A model generated the notes under the pieces. That model was not told the origin of the DNA. It saw nothing but the letters and a program-made list of their open reading frames with translations, and searched no databases. A DNA stretch of 64,000 nucleotides from Eledone cirrhosa (taxonomy: Eukaryota). This document shows positions 39,377-51,522 of the stretch, piece by piece. The position numbers and the translations under genes were made by a program. How positions within the stretch are numbered: position 1 is the first letter of the stretch; every line of letters begins with the position of its first letter. The stretch lies in assembly GCA_964016885.1 (NCBI GenBank), contig OZ024746.1, forward strand, positions 83,576,001 to 83,640,000, in the 5' to 3' direction.

Positions 39377-39643
39377 ATATCCAGTGCTTTTATCGAGAAT
39401 GACACAGCTAGAGACTTATAGAATACTTAGCTGTGTACATGAACTGGTTTGAAAGAGCGGTTGCCGGTCCGGCAGAAATTAGAAATTGGAATAAATGCTC
39501 TGAAATAGCGATATATATGTGAATATAGACATAGAATATTCGAAAATATTCTGTATGTTTATAATAAACATTTTGAAGACCTAATCGCTATAGAATAGAA
39601 TACGTCACGTATTACAATTAGATTCTCGATAAAAGCAAGGGAA

Positions 39644-39686
39644 GTAATCTACGCGTTTCATTCTTATTAGAAATCTTCAGGACTAC
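39644..39686 (-). ncRNA. Minimal type I hammerhead ribozyme, copy 3
   Basis: Identical motif 310 bp after copy 2. Confidence 0.85.
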
Positions 39687-39926
39687 ATATCCAGTGCTTT
39701 TATCGAGAATGACACAGCTAGAGACTTATAGAATACTTAGCTGTGTACATGAACTGGTTTGAAATATTCTATGTCTATATTCACATATATATCGCTATTT
39801 CAGAGCATTTATTCCAATTTCTAATTTCTGCCGGACCGGCAACCGCTCTTTCAAACCAGTTCATGTACACAGCTAAGTATTCTATAAGTCTCTAGCTGTG
39901 TCATTCTCGATAAAAGCACTGGATAT

Positions 39927-39969
39927 GTAGTCCTGAAGATTTCTAATAAGAATGAAACGCGTAGATTAC
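39927..39969 (+). ncRNA. Minimal type I hammerhead ribozyme, inverted copy
   Basis: Stem I GTAGTC/GATTAC, CTGAAGA at 39933-39939, GAAA at 39954-39957, palindrome CGCG and GUA triplet ending at 39963. An outer 16-bp helix pairs 39903-39918 with 39976-39991. Confidence 0.87.
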
Positions 39970-40127
39970 TTCCCTTGCTTTTATCGAGAATCTAATTGTA
40001 ATACGTGACGTATTCTATTCTATAGCGATTAGGTCTTCAAAATGTTTATTATAAACATACAGAATATTTTCGAATATTCTATGTCTATATTCACATATAT
40101 ATCGCTATTTCAGAGCATTTATTCCAA

Positions 40128-40175
<48 letters not shown>

Positions 40176-42204
40176 AAAAATGGGCATTAAATGATAATGA
40201 TATATATATATACCTCATCACCATTTTTTTTTACGTCTGTGTTTCTTTGTTAGCATGGGTTGGATGGTTCCTCTTTCTGGTGCCATAATAGAAAAGTTTG
40301 CAAAGGACTTCTTAACTACACAGGCACCCTGCACCTTTGCCATGTATGCATCTTATAACCATGTAGATATAAATATAGACATATCTGATGCTTCTACCCC
40401 CCCCCCCCCCACACACACACACACACACACCACATAAAATGTAGTGAGCAAACAAAGGAGATAACTCCAGCAATATTGAATCCAAGTTTAGGCAAACAAG
40501 AACAATGCAATAAAGAGTGGGTTTTGCTTGATAGCCAACAGGCAAAAGCAATGAACATTTCTCTGTCTTGCACATTCAACCACAGTTGGCTCAACTATAA
40601 TGATCAAATTTTAGATATAGGAAAGGAGGGAGATAAAATATACTGATTATGTGTATCATTAATGGGAAGAGGAAAATACCTTAGGTGAGTATTCTGCATG
40701 GTGTGTGTATGGTGTATTGTAGCATAATAATCAACAAATGATGAGACAGCTATATATCATTATTTTGTCTACAGTCTGGTTTCATACTTGAACAAGTCAT
40801 TTTATTTGTGATAAAATACGTCTCTATCGATTCAGTATTCCTCCTGGGAGAATATGAGAAATGAAAACTTATATAATTTACATAAAATTAGTTAATTGAC
40901 AAACAAAAATAAATAGATAAATCAGAAGTGATAACTTTTTTTAATGTTTATATGTGTGGAGTGGGTGTCTCACATTTAAAATGTAGTGAGCAGAAACACT
41001 TCAATTAATCAAGAATGTCCTAACAATATAAAGATAAAAACTCTGGGGGAAAGGAATGGGTGATAAAGTCTAAAAGAGAGTAAGCAATGGAGATGAATCC
41101 AAGATTATTGAATTGATCAGAATTTTGATAAACAATGACACAGCATTACTAAATGTAGGTGTGGTGGGAGACTGGGCACTGCATAGAGTAGAAAGGTCTT
41201 GTTAGCCTGCAATGGATGAGACACTCTCCAGTGTTAAAATGGATCACTGTCCATACCCTTCCTTTCATAAAGTAGTGAATGAACTAACCAAGACAACATA
41301 GAGAGGATCCTCTGGACCTGTCAAGTACCTGGTAATGTCTCTAGTGTTAATGCCACAATAATGTGTGCTCAGCACACTCTATAAAGGGGTTGGTGATGAA
41401 ACAGAAAAAAATATAGGCAAGAGAGGGCTCTTCAGTTTAGCTTAGCATATGACAACCTCTCTAGTGCTGCTGCTACAATAAGATGCACCCAGTAAAGACA
41501 GTGATGTTAGGAAAGTTATCCAGCTGTAGAACTCAATTATTTTTTTTTACTTTGCATTCACAGTAAACCCCCACCCCACCCACAAAAAAGAAGAAAACAA
41601 TTTCGGTTTTTTTTTTCTTATTTAGTAAATAACAAAAGGTTATTCACATAGGTTATTCTCATATAATTGGCAATGTATTTTTACTTTCTGTCCAGATACT
41701 GTGGAAGTAGGAAGCTAGTAAGAAAGAAAGAGTGAAGGAGAATGAGTGACAGCAGGAGAATGGCAATAAAGTGGGGAGGGTATGAAAATAAAATTGAGAC
41801 TTGTATGGGAGTGGTCAAAGTGGAAGTTATCAGGTAATTAATTGAAACGTGTACAGGACACAATGTCAAGTGTTATACAAAATATTTCCAAAACATTTTA
41901 CAAAGTAAGAAAATATTTTTCCCTCTATAATTAATAAAACTCACAATTTTGTATGGTATGGGTACACTAGCATATAAATAAGCTGTTAAACCCGTTTATT
42001 AATGAAGAATTTTGAGGGATTTACTGAAATTATTATTTCATTCATTAGTGAATAACTTAACTTATGGTCTTTATATAAAATTATTTTGGGAGATATAAAT
42101 TTAAATATAAACCCTTCGAAATAGGTTATTTTGTTTCATAGGACCAAAGCCAGTTTTGGCTGGGCTGGTTTCAAAATGGGTAATATACTTTTCTGAATTA
42201 AGGG

Positions 42205-42467
42205 ATTACAGCTCCAATATTACTGGCACATGGTTAGAAGGTCTCAGGAAAGAATTACTGGAAAAATTTTACAGGTAAAACCAACCGGTAGGAGATCCAG
42301 GGGTAGACACCAAGCAAAATGGTTGGATAACATCCATGAGCTTGGCTGGTCTCACTTGGGATTCAGCTGGATCAGTTGGAAACTGTTGCTTCTGACGGGA
42401 CCTGCTAGAAAGTGTTTGAGAACTCTGCCGCTACAACCCTCCCAGTAATAAGTGGGCGAAGAAGAAC
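42205..42467 (+). mobile_element. 3' fragment of a second RTE-like LINE
   Basis: Translation YWHMVRRSQERITGKILQVKPTGRRSRGRHQAKWLDNI fits the LINE ORF2 C-terminal W.GH..R...G.R.RGRP..W.D motif. Ends in a GAAGAAGAA tail. Confidence 0.72.
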
Positions 42468-43368
42468 TATTATTTATTTATATTTCACTTGATTTGATGC
42501 TTTTTAAGAATTTCACACTCATGTAATGACTCCAGACTATACTCTCATTGTTTTGTTCACAAGATTTAGTGCAAGTTGTTTAAAACTGGTAGGTTTTATT
42601 ATGTAAGTTCTGTGAATGTAAACTTCACACCTATCTGCTTCTTTGATCACTATTATGACAGAGAAAATAATATATTCTTTAACTCAATACTATTCAGTAT
42701 TTTCTTTGATTTGGTTTTGTGGAATTTCTTTGAGGGACAAAAAAATTGTTTGTTATTCTTATTTATTTATTTATGCTGGAAGAAGGTCGTTTATATATCG
42801 TTTGTGTATATGATAAAGTTATATCTATATATGATGTCTGTGTGTGTATATATAAATGTAAGGTAGAAGTAACTGAGATTGTGTAAATGTATATATATGT
42901 TACACATTTTAAATATGTAGACAGGCATGTAAACATGCTAACTCTATGTATTTCCCTGTATATCGAATATATATATATATATATATATACCCTTTACCAA
43001 TTTACTAGCCTAGTTGGTCCCTCATCAGAAGACATGTATACCATCTAAACAACCACAAAGAAATATGTAATCAAGAGGGTTATACACTGATGTTGATAGT
43101 TAAATAAGAAACATATTGTGTTGTTAAGCAGCTGAAGTATATGATAAAGTTATATCTGTATATAGTGTGTTGACATGTAAACATGCCAAATACACGTATG
43201 TTCCTGTAAATTGGAACAAATGATAAACACTTTTAACTGGTTTTCAAGCCTAGTTGGGCTTTTATTATATATGTGTATGTGTATATATGTATGTATATAT
43301 ATATGTATATATATATCCAACCCCTGCAAGCATAGATAAATATATGTATAAACGATGATGGTGATAGA

Positions 43369-43408
<40 letters not shown>

Positions 43409-43412
43409 CATA

Positions 43413-43750
43413 TGGAGGCACATGGCTTAGTGGTTAGAATATTGGCCTTGCAATCGAAAGGTTGTGAGTTCAATTCTCGGACTGGGTGATGTGTTGTTTC
43501 CTTGAGCAAGACACTTTATTTCACATTGCTCCAGTTTACTCAGCTGTAGAAATGAGATGATAGGGACTGGGGTCCCTATCATTCCACTGCAAAGTGGTCG
43601 TGGAGGTGCCACGGCAAAAAAGCACCCAACACACTGTAAATGAGGTTGGTGTTAGGAAGAGCATCCAGCTGTAGAAATCAAGTCAGCATCAGTTCCCGTC
43701 CCACCCTTGCAAGCAGGGAAAAGCGAATGAAATTGAAATGAATGAAATGA
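43413..43750 (+). mobile_element. Full-length tRNA-derived SINE family B
   Basis: A box tggcttagtggttaga, B box gagttcaattc, V-domain-like ccttgagcaagacact, Ceph-domain-like ggttggtgttaggaagagcatccagctgtagaaa and an RTE-like 3' end. Inserted after (TA)n. Confidence 0.9.
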
Positions 43751-44052
43751 TATATACATGCATAAATATATGTTTGTGTGTATATGAGTATGGGTGTGCG
43801 CATATATATGTATGTATATGTGTGTATACACACACACACACAAACATATATGCATGTATATATACACACACACACAGTGTGCGTTTGTGTGTGTGTATGC
43901 ATGTGTGTATATATATATATATATATGGTTAATATTGCAGTCAAGGTAGCTGGATATCTGGTCTTGGAAAATACATTATACATGGTTTCTTTTGTTCTTT
44001 AAGAAAGAAACAAAAAACACACGCACACGCGCACACGCACGCACACACGCAC

Positions 44053-44132
<80 letters not shown>

Positions 44133-44692
44133 CAGGGGTGAGAGAGAAAGGGAGGGAAAAAGAGAGAAAATCTTCTAATGTAGATGAGGTCTTTTGTTAC
44201 ACTCATTGAATTGCAGTGCACCTACTCAGCATGGCTTCATATTGCTTGCTTCACTTGAAACTGAATTGTAACTTTAGTCTGAATTCTACATCTAGCTGGG
44301 GAAAAAAAAATGGAAACCACCGATGTGTATGCTGAGTGTCACTTGTACACCTCAAAACTCTTGACATCTTCCTAAGACTGCTTTCTTCATGTTGCTAGTT
44401 CAAAAGCTGCCTTTTAATCTCTCTCTCTCTCTCTCCTTTTTCCTTTCTCCCCCACTGTCTCGCTATCTCTGTCTTTCCACCGCTCTCCAGAATGACATTA
44501 CCATCATTTATAAGTTGTTAATGTGCATTTGCTGCACTCTGTGTTATTTATCTTGCTCTATTTAAGCACATTGTAATCTTTTGGAATATCTTTTTCTCCT
44601 GTTCTATAGCACTCGCCTCACTCCCTACATTGCAATCCCATTTTCACATTTAGTTTGTTTTATTCCATATGATTTAGTTACACACACAAATA

Positions 44693-44744
<52 letters not shown>

Positions 44745-44764
44745 CATCATTTTACGATATATAT

Positions 44765-46218
44765 ATTACAAAGGTAAAGGAGATGCCCTAGATAGGAGTA
44801 ACTATAGAGGCATTAAATTAATCGACCAGGTCATGATGGTCACGGAAAAAGTAATAGCGCAACTAATCAGAGAGAGAATTGATCTAGATGGAATGCAGTT
44901 CGGGTTTGTGTCAGGCAAAAGTACCACAGACACTCTTTTCATTGTACGACAACTACAGGAGAAGTACCTAGCTAAAAGTAAACCCCTATACTTAGCTTTT
45001 GTCGACTTGGAGAAAGCCTTCGACAGAGTCCCCCGTTCCATTATCTGGTGGGCTCTTAGAAAACTAGGTGTTGACGAATGGCTTGTGAGAGCTATACAAG
45101 CCATGTATAAAGAAACAGTCAGCAAGGTTAGAATTAACAACGAATATAGTGAAGAGTTTAGCGTAAAAGTTGGTGTTCATCAGGGCTCTGTTCTTAGCCC
45201 CCTACTATTTATTATTGCCCTTCAGGCTATAACGGTGGAGTTCAAGACCGGCTGCCCATGGGAACTCCTATACGCAGATGATCTAACGCTCATAGCTGAA
45301 TCAATGGCCGAGCTAGAGAAGAAATTCCAAACATGGAAGCACGGCCTAGAATCAAAAGGCCTTAAAATTAACCTGGCTAAGACTAAAGTTCTAGTTTGTA
45401 GGAAAGAAAATAAGGCGCTGGTCCCTTCCGGGAAATGGCCATGCTCAGTGTGTAGGAAAGGCGTAGGTAGAAACTCCATATTATGTCCCAAATGGGTGCA
45501 TAAAAGATGTAGTGGGATCACAGGTAAGCTAACTAAGAACATAGATTTTACATGTGGCCGGTGCTCTGGTGCAATAAGTAGCAGCAAGTGCCCACAAAAT
45601 ACTAGCTCTTTCAATTGCGCAGAGGGTTCTATAGAAATAGTGGACAGCTTCCGTTACCTGGGTGACAAAATCAGCAGTGGTGGAGGGTGCTCTGAAAGTA
45701 CAGTAGCTAGAGTCAGAACTGGATGGAAAAAGTTCAGAGAGCTTATACCACTATTAGCCGCTAAAGGGTTCTCCCTAAAAATGAAAGGCAGGTTGTATGA
45801 TGCCTGCATACGAACAGCAATGTTGCATGGCAGTGAGACCTGGGCATTGTGTGCAGAGGATATACGCAGACTAGAGAGGAACGAAGCTTGCATGCTCCGC
45901 TGGATGTGCAATAGTAATATACGTGAACGGCAAAGCATAAACGAACTAAGGAAAAAATTAGAAATAAGAGGGATCAGATGTTGTTTACTCGAGAGAAGGC
46001 TACGTTGGTATGGTCACGTGATGCGCATGAAAGACGACAGCTGTATAACAAAGTGCAGGGCAATAAAGATAGACGGTAGCCACGGAGTAGGCAGACCCAG
46101 AAAAACCTGGGACAACCTGATAAATTCCAACCTCACACACTTACACCTCTCCAAGACAATGTCACTGGACCGAGATCTTTGGCGGTACTCAGTAATAGAG
46201 AAGACCCACCTTACCTAA
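44765..46218 (+). CDS. 5'-truncated RTE-clade LINE reverse transcriptase (open frame, no endonuclease domain)
   Basis: Motifs YKGKGDALDRSNYRGIKL, QFGF, FVDLEKAFDRVPR, GVHQGSVLSPLLF, LLYADD, FRYLG, MLHGSETW, RRLRWYGHVMR, GRPRKTW. The ORF-track start at 44581 is read-through of flank and (TA)n. Confidence 0.95.
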
Positions 46219-46601
46219 ATACGAAGTAAAACCTACTACAGTCAGTAGGCATCTCTAACAAAATATACCCCCGTCCCACCACCCCATCCACACCGCCCCT
46301 TTCAATGTAAAGTTATGTTGGTGCCACAACATCCAGGCCGAAACAAATGAGATCGTGTAGGTGTCACGACAAAAAAACACAGTCCACGCTGTAATGTGGC
46401 CGTGTAGGCAACACGGTAAAAACCTCCCAACCCCACACTGTAAATGTGGTTGGTGTTAGGAAGGGTATCCAGCTGTACAAAACCCGCCAGACAGTCCTAT
46501 GCGAGCAAGACAACCACTCTTGCCTCAAGTGGGAAAACTCCCGTCCAAACCCATGCAAGCGTGGAACATGGACGTTAAACGATGATGATGATGATGATGA
46601 T
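44765..46601 (+). mobile_element. RTE LINE, 5'-truncated, with 3' UTR and (GAT)n tail, inserted in (TA)n
   Basis: The RT frame is followed by a 3' UTR ending acccatgcaagcgtggaacatggacgttaaac(gat)n. TA repeats lie on both sides. Confidence 0.95.
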
Positions 46602-47098
46602 ATATATATATATATGTAATGTGTGTTTTCTAATTAGTATTTTATACATAGACATATATTGTTTTATGTTTTAACTAGGTTAACTTCAATAATTTTAGCT
46701 TTGAGACTTTTCATTGTTGGTTGAATATACGAGTTACATGTTTCCTTATTTTATTTCTTTTCACACTTTTTCTGAGTTTGGCTTTCAAGTTAAGTTTTTT
46801 AAAGTAGGTTATATTTGTTGCATTTAATAAATATTTGCAATTGAATGGTTCAGGATTGATTTATTTAGGACTAAAGATGATTGCAGTTTTGTCGGTTTGT
46901 CAGGTGCAATAGTGATCTAATGTTTAAATAGTTTTATCTGTTATGACAATGGTCTAGTTGGTGTAGATTATTATGCAATGGAATCATAGTTGCTGCAGGT
47001 AATAATTGTTTCTACTTTAGGCACAAGGCCAGCAATTATCCAGTGCATTACTGGTACTTTATTTTATCGACCCCGTAAGGATGAAAGGCAAAGTTTAA

Positions 47099-47294
47099 CC
47101 CTTTAGCATTTACATTACTCTACATTTACTATTGTATTTCCACGATAAAAGCTTTGCCTCACATAATTATCTCACATAATATTGAATCTATGAGATTTTG
47201 ATGTTATTTATTTTGAGAACAATACCTTAACATCAGTATGAGCAGCTGGTTTGAAGAGAAAGAGGTGGATATAGCCAGTTGAAATGCTAAAGGG
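47099..47294. mobile_element. piggyBac-like MITE family 1 abutting or interrupting a minus-strand SINE A (47000-47094)
   Basis: SINE sequence stops at ggcaaagt and is followed by TTAA|CCCTTTAGC ... GCTAAAGGG|TTAA. Confidence 0.82.
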
Positions 47295-47495
47295 TTAATG
47301 TTTATTCTTATACAGAAACTGCGCAATTTGATGGCTGCAGCTTGAAAATGTCCGTCTCCCCCATACTCATATTTAGAATGGTCAGTGGTTGGGAAATATG
47401 GCTGATGTCTGAGATAGGGATTATGGCGGATGTCTTAGTTCTAGTATAGGCATTTAGTTCATGATTGGCTTTGTTTTTATGAATGTATTATTTAT

Positions 47496-47688
47496 GGGCA
47501 GTGGATTGGCAGTATCGGTAGAGGGCTGGATGCCATTCTTTGCAGCATAGTTACGCTCCTTTACAGTCTGAGTTCAAATCCCGCCAAGGTTAACTTTGCT
47601 TTCCATCCTCACAGGGTCAATAAAATAAAGCACTAGTAATGCACTGGGATAACTGCTGGCCTTGTGCCAAAAGTAGAAAGAATTATTT
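47496..47688 (+). mobile_element. Full-length SINE family A
   Basis: Colinear with 38667-38853. Confidence 0.88.
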
Positions 47689-48232
47689 GAGTATAGGGTA
47701 CTCAATAATTACTTTGCATTTGTTCTAGGTATATCTATATTTAGGTTTATGTTTTTGACAGTCATACTCACTTATTTTCACACACACATGCGCACGCATG
47801 TACACACACACCCACACATATATACACGCAGATTCATTTATTTTCACTTTATTTTATATATTAATTCATTCATTCATTTAATTTAAAGCTAGGAAATCTT
47901 TCGTTTCATGTCTGGTGAGATATAATAAAATATAGCATCGCAATTAATTAAGATCTTTAAGTATTTTTAATTTTTCTGCCTCAGTAATTTGTACTTATAC
48001 AAATGAGTTTTATATGCAGCTGTGCAATTTTCAATTTTGCATGAAATCATTTGAATTTCTTCAAATTGCTTTTCATCTATTCGTCATTTATACATCATTA
48101 TTAGTTATTATACATTATTATATATTTATTATTCAATTCATTCTAAACATTTAATTTCAATGTTTCATTGTATTAGCAAATTCACTCAGTGTATATGCAT
48201 GCATGTGTTGCATGTTTATGTATGGATGTGTG

Positions 48233-48264
<32 letters not shown>

Positions 48265-49558
48265 TGTATGTATTATCATCATCATTTTACACCCACTTTT
48301 CCATGCTTGGACGGGTTCTTTCCAGCATCTCTCCAACTGTCTCAGTCCTTTGTCATCTCCTCTTTGACATTCAGGATTTCTTTTATGCCTCTGCTCACTC
48401 TCTTCTATCTTTCTATTTCTTCTTTAATTTCTATTTCTATTTTCTAATGTCCGGAACGTTAAGACTCTTTTCCTACTGCATCAAGCACAAAACTAATATA
48501 TTTCTTCATTGTACTGTGTCGTTTGCATTGTTATCTCTGTTTATTTTCTCTGTGTGTGTGTGTGTGTGTGTGTGTTATATATGCTCATGCATAAAACATA
48601 ATATTTTACATGTGAAAAACCAGCATGTGGCTTCTCTGCAGAATCTACAAAACAGTTCAAAATATATAGTACATTGTAAATGAGGTATGTAAAATAGAGG
48701 TGCACCTTATCTACTGGTGTGACTTATACACGGATACATATCATATATATTCATGTAAAAGTCAGTCTCGTGTATAGTGTGGCTTCCTATTATTGGCCCA
48801 AAACTGTGGAGTTTTCCATGTATCTCATGTAAAGGTTGACTTTAGTTCCTCCTGGACATTAGGTATTGTTCTGAACATAAATGTTACGATGAAGAAATTA
48901 ATTTTTCTATGTTACTATGTTCTGAAGTATATATCAAAATGTATATCCTACTAAATATTTCAGAGGGAAATCATAAATATGGCTGCATCACTGAATTCTG
49001 GCTGAGTATGACCAGTTTAAATGCTAAAGGGTTAAATAGTCACAGGTAACAATGTAGCTAAGCTGATGAAATTCATTAAGATTATGAGAGTCCCAAATGC
49101 AGAAAATAATTGTAATAACAGTCAATCACTATAGATAAGACATAAGTCCAGTTAGCTCTTAAAAATATTTCCACTTTCTATTTTAATCCATTACATTCAG
49201 TAAATTAGAAAAATAAATTTAAAGCTCATGATTAAAGTATATTATCATTACTCTCTGCACTACTATATATACGACCCAATAAAATTGTAATGTTAACAAA
49301 CCTTATGAATTATCAAAGCAAGACAAGTGTTTGAAATATATATACATGCTAGTGGATGCTGGGGAGTAGGCCAGGTCACATATGTATGCTGTAGGTTGGG
49401 TCTTCTTCAGCACTGCATAGCGCCAGCCCTTGTGAGATATATATATATATATGATGATGATGAGGTAGACCACTGGAAGGTAATATCCGTAGTGGTTGAG
49501 CACTCAGTCCATGGGACGAGTTTGGTAGACACAGTAACACAACAGTTAGTTCACCATA

Positions 49559-49600
49559 CCGAGAACAATTGTTTCACCTTATGCGGATCTTCAGCTCGGA
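49559..49600 (-). ncRNA. Minimal type I hammerhead ribozyme (mirror copy)
   Basis: Reverse complement of the 49614-49655 motif within a ~65-bp-arm hairpin (49534-49680). Confidence 0.83.
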
Positions 49601-49609
49601 TAACTATGA

Positions 49610-49660
49610 CCAGTCCGAGCTGAAGATCCGCATAAGGTGAAACAATTGTTCTCGGTCTGG
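49610..49660 (+). ncRNA. Minimal type I hammerhead ribozyme
   Basis: CCAGTCCGAG-CTGAAGA-T-CC-gcataa-GG-T-GAAA-CAATTG-TT-CTCGGTCTGG. Stem I pairs at 9 of 10 positions, the palindrome is AACAATTGTT and the triplet is GUU. Confidence 0.87.
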
Positions 49661-49677
49661 TGAACTAACTGTTGTGT

Positions 49678-49822
<145 letters not shown>

Positions 49823-50476
49823 CACACACCACACCACACACACACACATTGATTCATACATACATACAATCACACATATATAAAAAAAAAAAACTTTGCC
49901 AGCAGAGAAACAGACCTTAAATGAAATATATATATCAGAGGCTTTTTACACAATTTCCGTTTACCAAATTCTACTCACAAGGTATTGGCAAACCTGAATC
50001 TATTGGGAAGAAAACATTGGTCTGAAGTGTTGCACAGCATATTTGTGGAACAAACCTCTTTACCATGCTGCCATGTGGTTCCCTTTCCCTTTGACACACA
50101 CATACTTACATGCATTCACACATTAGCTAAATAAAGGGTCGAGAGAGCTCTTCAGCTGTGTTAAAACATGATACTACAACCTCCCCAGTGTTGGTGATCT
50201 ACACTATAAACACACATAGTACACTCTGTAAAGTGGTTCGTGATAGGAAGGGCTTCCTGCTGAAGAAAATCTACCAAACAAAGTACCAGAGGACCTTTCA
50301 GTGGTGCCAAATATATGACTGTTCCTAGTGGTGGTGTCATGATAAAATGTACTCAGTAGAGCATAGGACGGTATGCGGATCCCTAGTTAGCCTGAGAGGT
50401 CAGTAGCTCTGTTTCAGTACTTGGTGTATAACAACCCACCCACTACTTTCTAGCAGAGAGAACAGATATTACATGA

Positions 50477-50520
<44 letters not shown>

Positions 50521-50963
50521 TGAGAGAGAGAGAGATTGTTGGTTCTTTGTCTCAATGAGTGAATGTAACTTTTAATCTTTACATCTTCATTCGTTTGTTT
50601 GCTTGTTTATTCTTTTTTCTACTGTAATACACCCAGCTTTTTTTAAAGAAGCAACCATTTCCTTTTTTCCCACGTGAGCTGAAAGAATGAAGGTGCCGTT
50701 TTCTATTTAAACAGGGTATTTCCATGGCAAGTTCAGGATATAGTTTCTGTAAGTGTCCTTGTCATATTTTATTTTGTTTACAAAATGAGGACACTGAATT
50801 TTGTCAACCATTTACAATGGAAGTTGAATTTGTGTAAAAGGTGGCAAGCTAGTTTGACTAAAATTTCTGGTACACAGCTAAATTTCACACTTCTGATTTT
50901 GAATTTCCCTCAGGTGAATTAACTAAAGAAATGTAATAATACTAGCTTCATACATTATTTTAA

Positions 50964-51522
50964 CCCTTATGACACTAAAGTGCCTAAAACTGTCCATGAT
51001 TCCAAGATACAAAACTGTATATTTTGAAATGTTTCTATTTATTTATCTAAAAACCTTCCATCATAATTTTATGCAAGAAACTTTGTTCCAAACACCAGCT
51101 TAAAATGATAAAATTATTTATATTACTAAAGGTGCATGGCTTAGTGGTTAGAGCATTGGGCTTGCAATCGAAAGGTTGTGAGTTAAATTCTTGGACTGGG
51201 TGATGTGTTGTTTCCTTGAGCAAGACACTTTATTTCACATTGCTCCAGTTTACTCAGCTGTAGAAATGAGATGATAGGACTGGGATCCCTATCATTCCAC
51301 TGCAAAGTGGTCGTGGAGGTGCCACGGCAAAAAAGCACCCAGCATTCACTGTAAATGAGGTTGGTGTTAGGAAGGGCATCCAGCTGTAGAAATCAAGCCA
51401 GAATCAGTTCCCGTCCCACCCTTGCAAGCAGGGAAAAGCGGACGTAAAATGATGATGATGGTGATGATGAAATCACCTTAAACACATAGGCAGTGTCTTT
51501 TAGAAATATGGTAATGAAAGGG
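50964..51522. mobile_element. TTAA-flanked MITE family 2 with a nested SINE B
   Basis: ttaa|cccttatgacac ... aatgaaaggg|ttaa, interrupted at 51131-51470. Confidence 0.65.
51131..51470 (+). mobile_element. Full-length SINE family B
   Basis: Nearly identical to 43413-43750, with tail gcggacgtaaaatgatgatgat. Confidence 0.9.

Larger units (their letters stand above)
38902..40134. mobile_element. 310-bp hammerhead-containing tandem repeat (~2.8 direct copies plus ~1.2 inverted copies) in (TA)n; retrozyme or Penelope pLTR-like
   Basis: Units start at 38902, 39212 and 39522 and are nearly identical. The inversion point is ~39763. (TA)n flanks both sides and each unit carries one hammerhead. Confidence 0.92.

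Noticed and set aside
40614-40690. Coding exon ending at a strong AG|GTGAGT donor
   Set aside because: Stops occur in all three frames from the nearest acceptor. It could only be non-coding and has no other support.
43413-43490. tRNA gene
   Set aside because: The A/B boxes belong to a SINE head repeated at 33.9, 51.1 and 52.4 kb and continue into SINE body. No clean cloverleaf.
44581-44764. N-terminal part of the 545-aa ORF
   Set aside because: It has a non-ATG start and YIYIYI read-through of (TA)n. RT similarity starts only at ~44765.
49372-49416. Minus-strand CTGAAGA...ACATATGT hammerhead remnant
   Set aside because: The GAAA box and the 3' strand of stem II are absent, so it is too degenerate to call.
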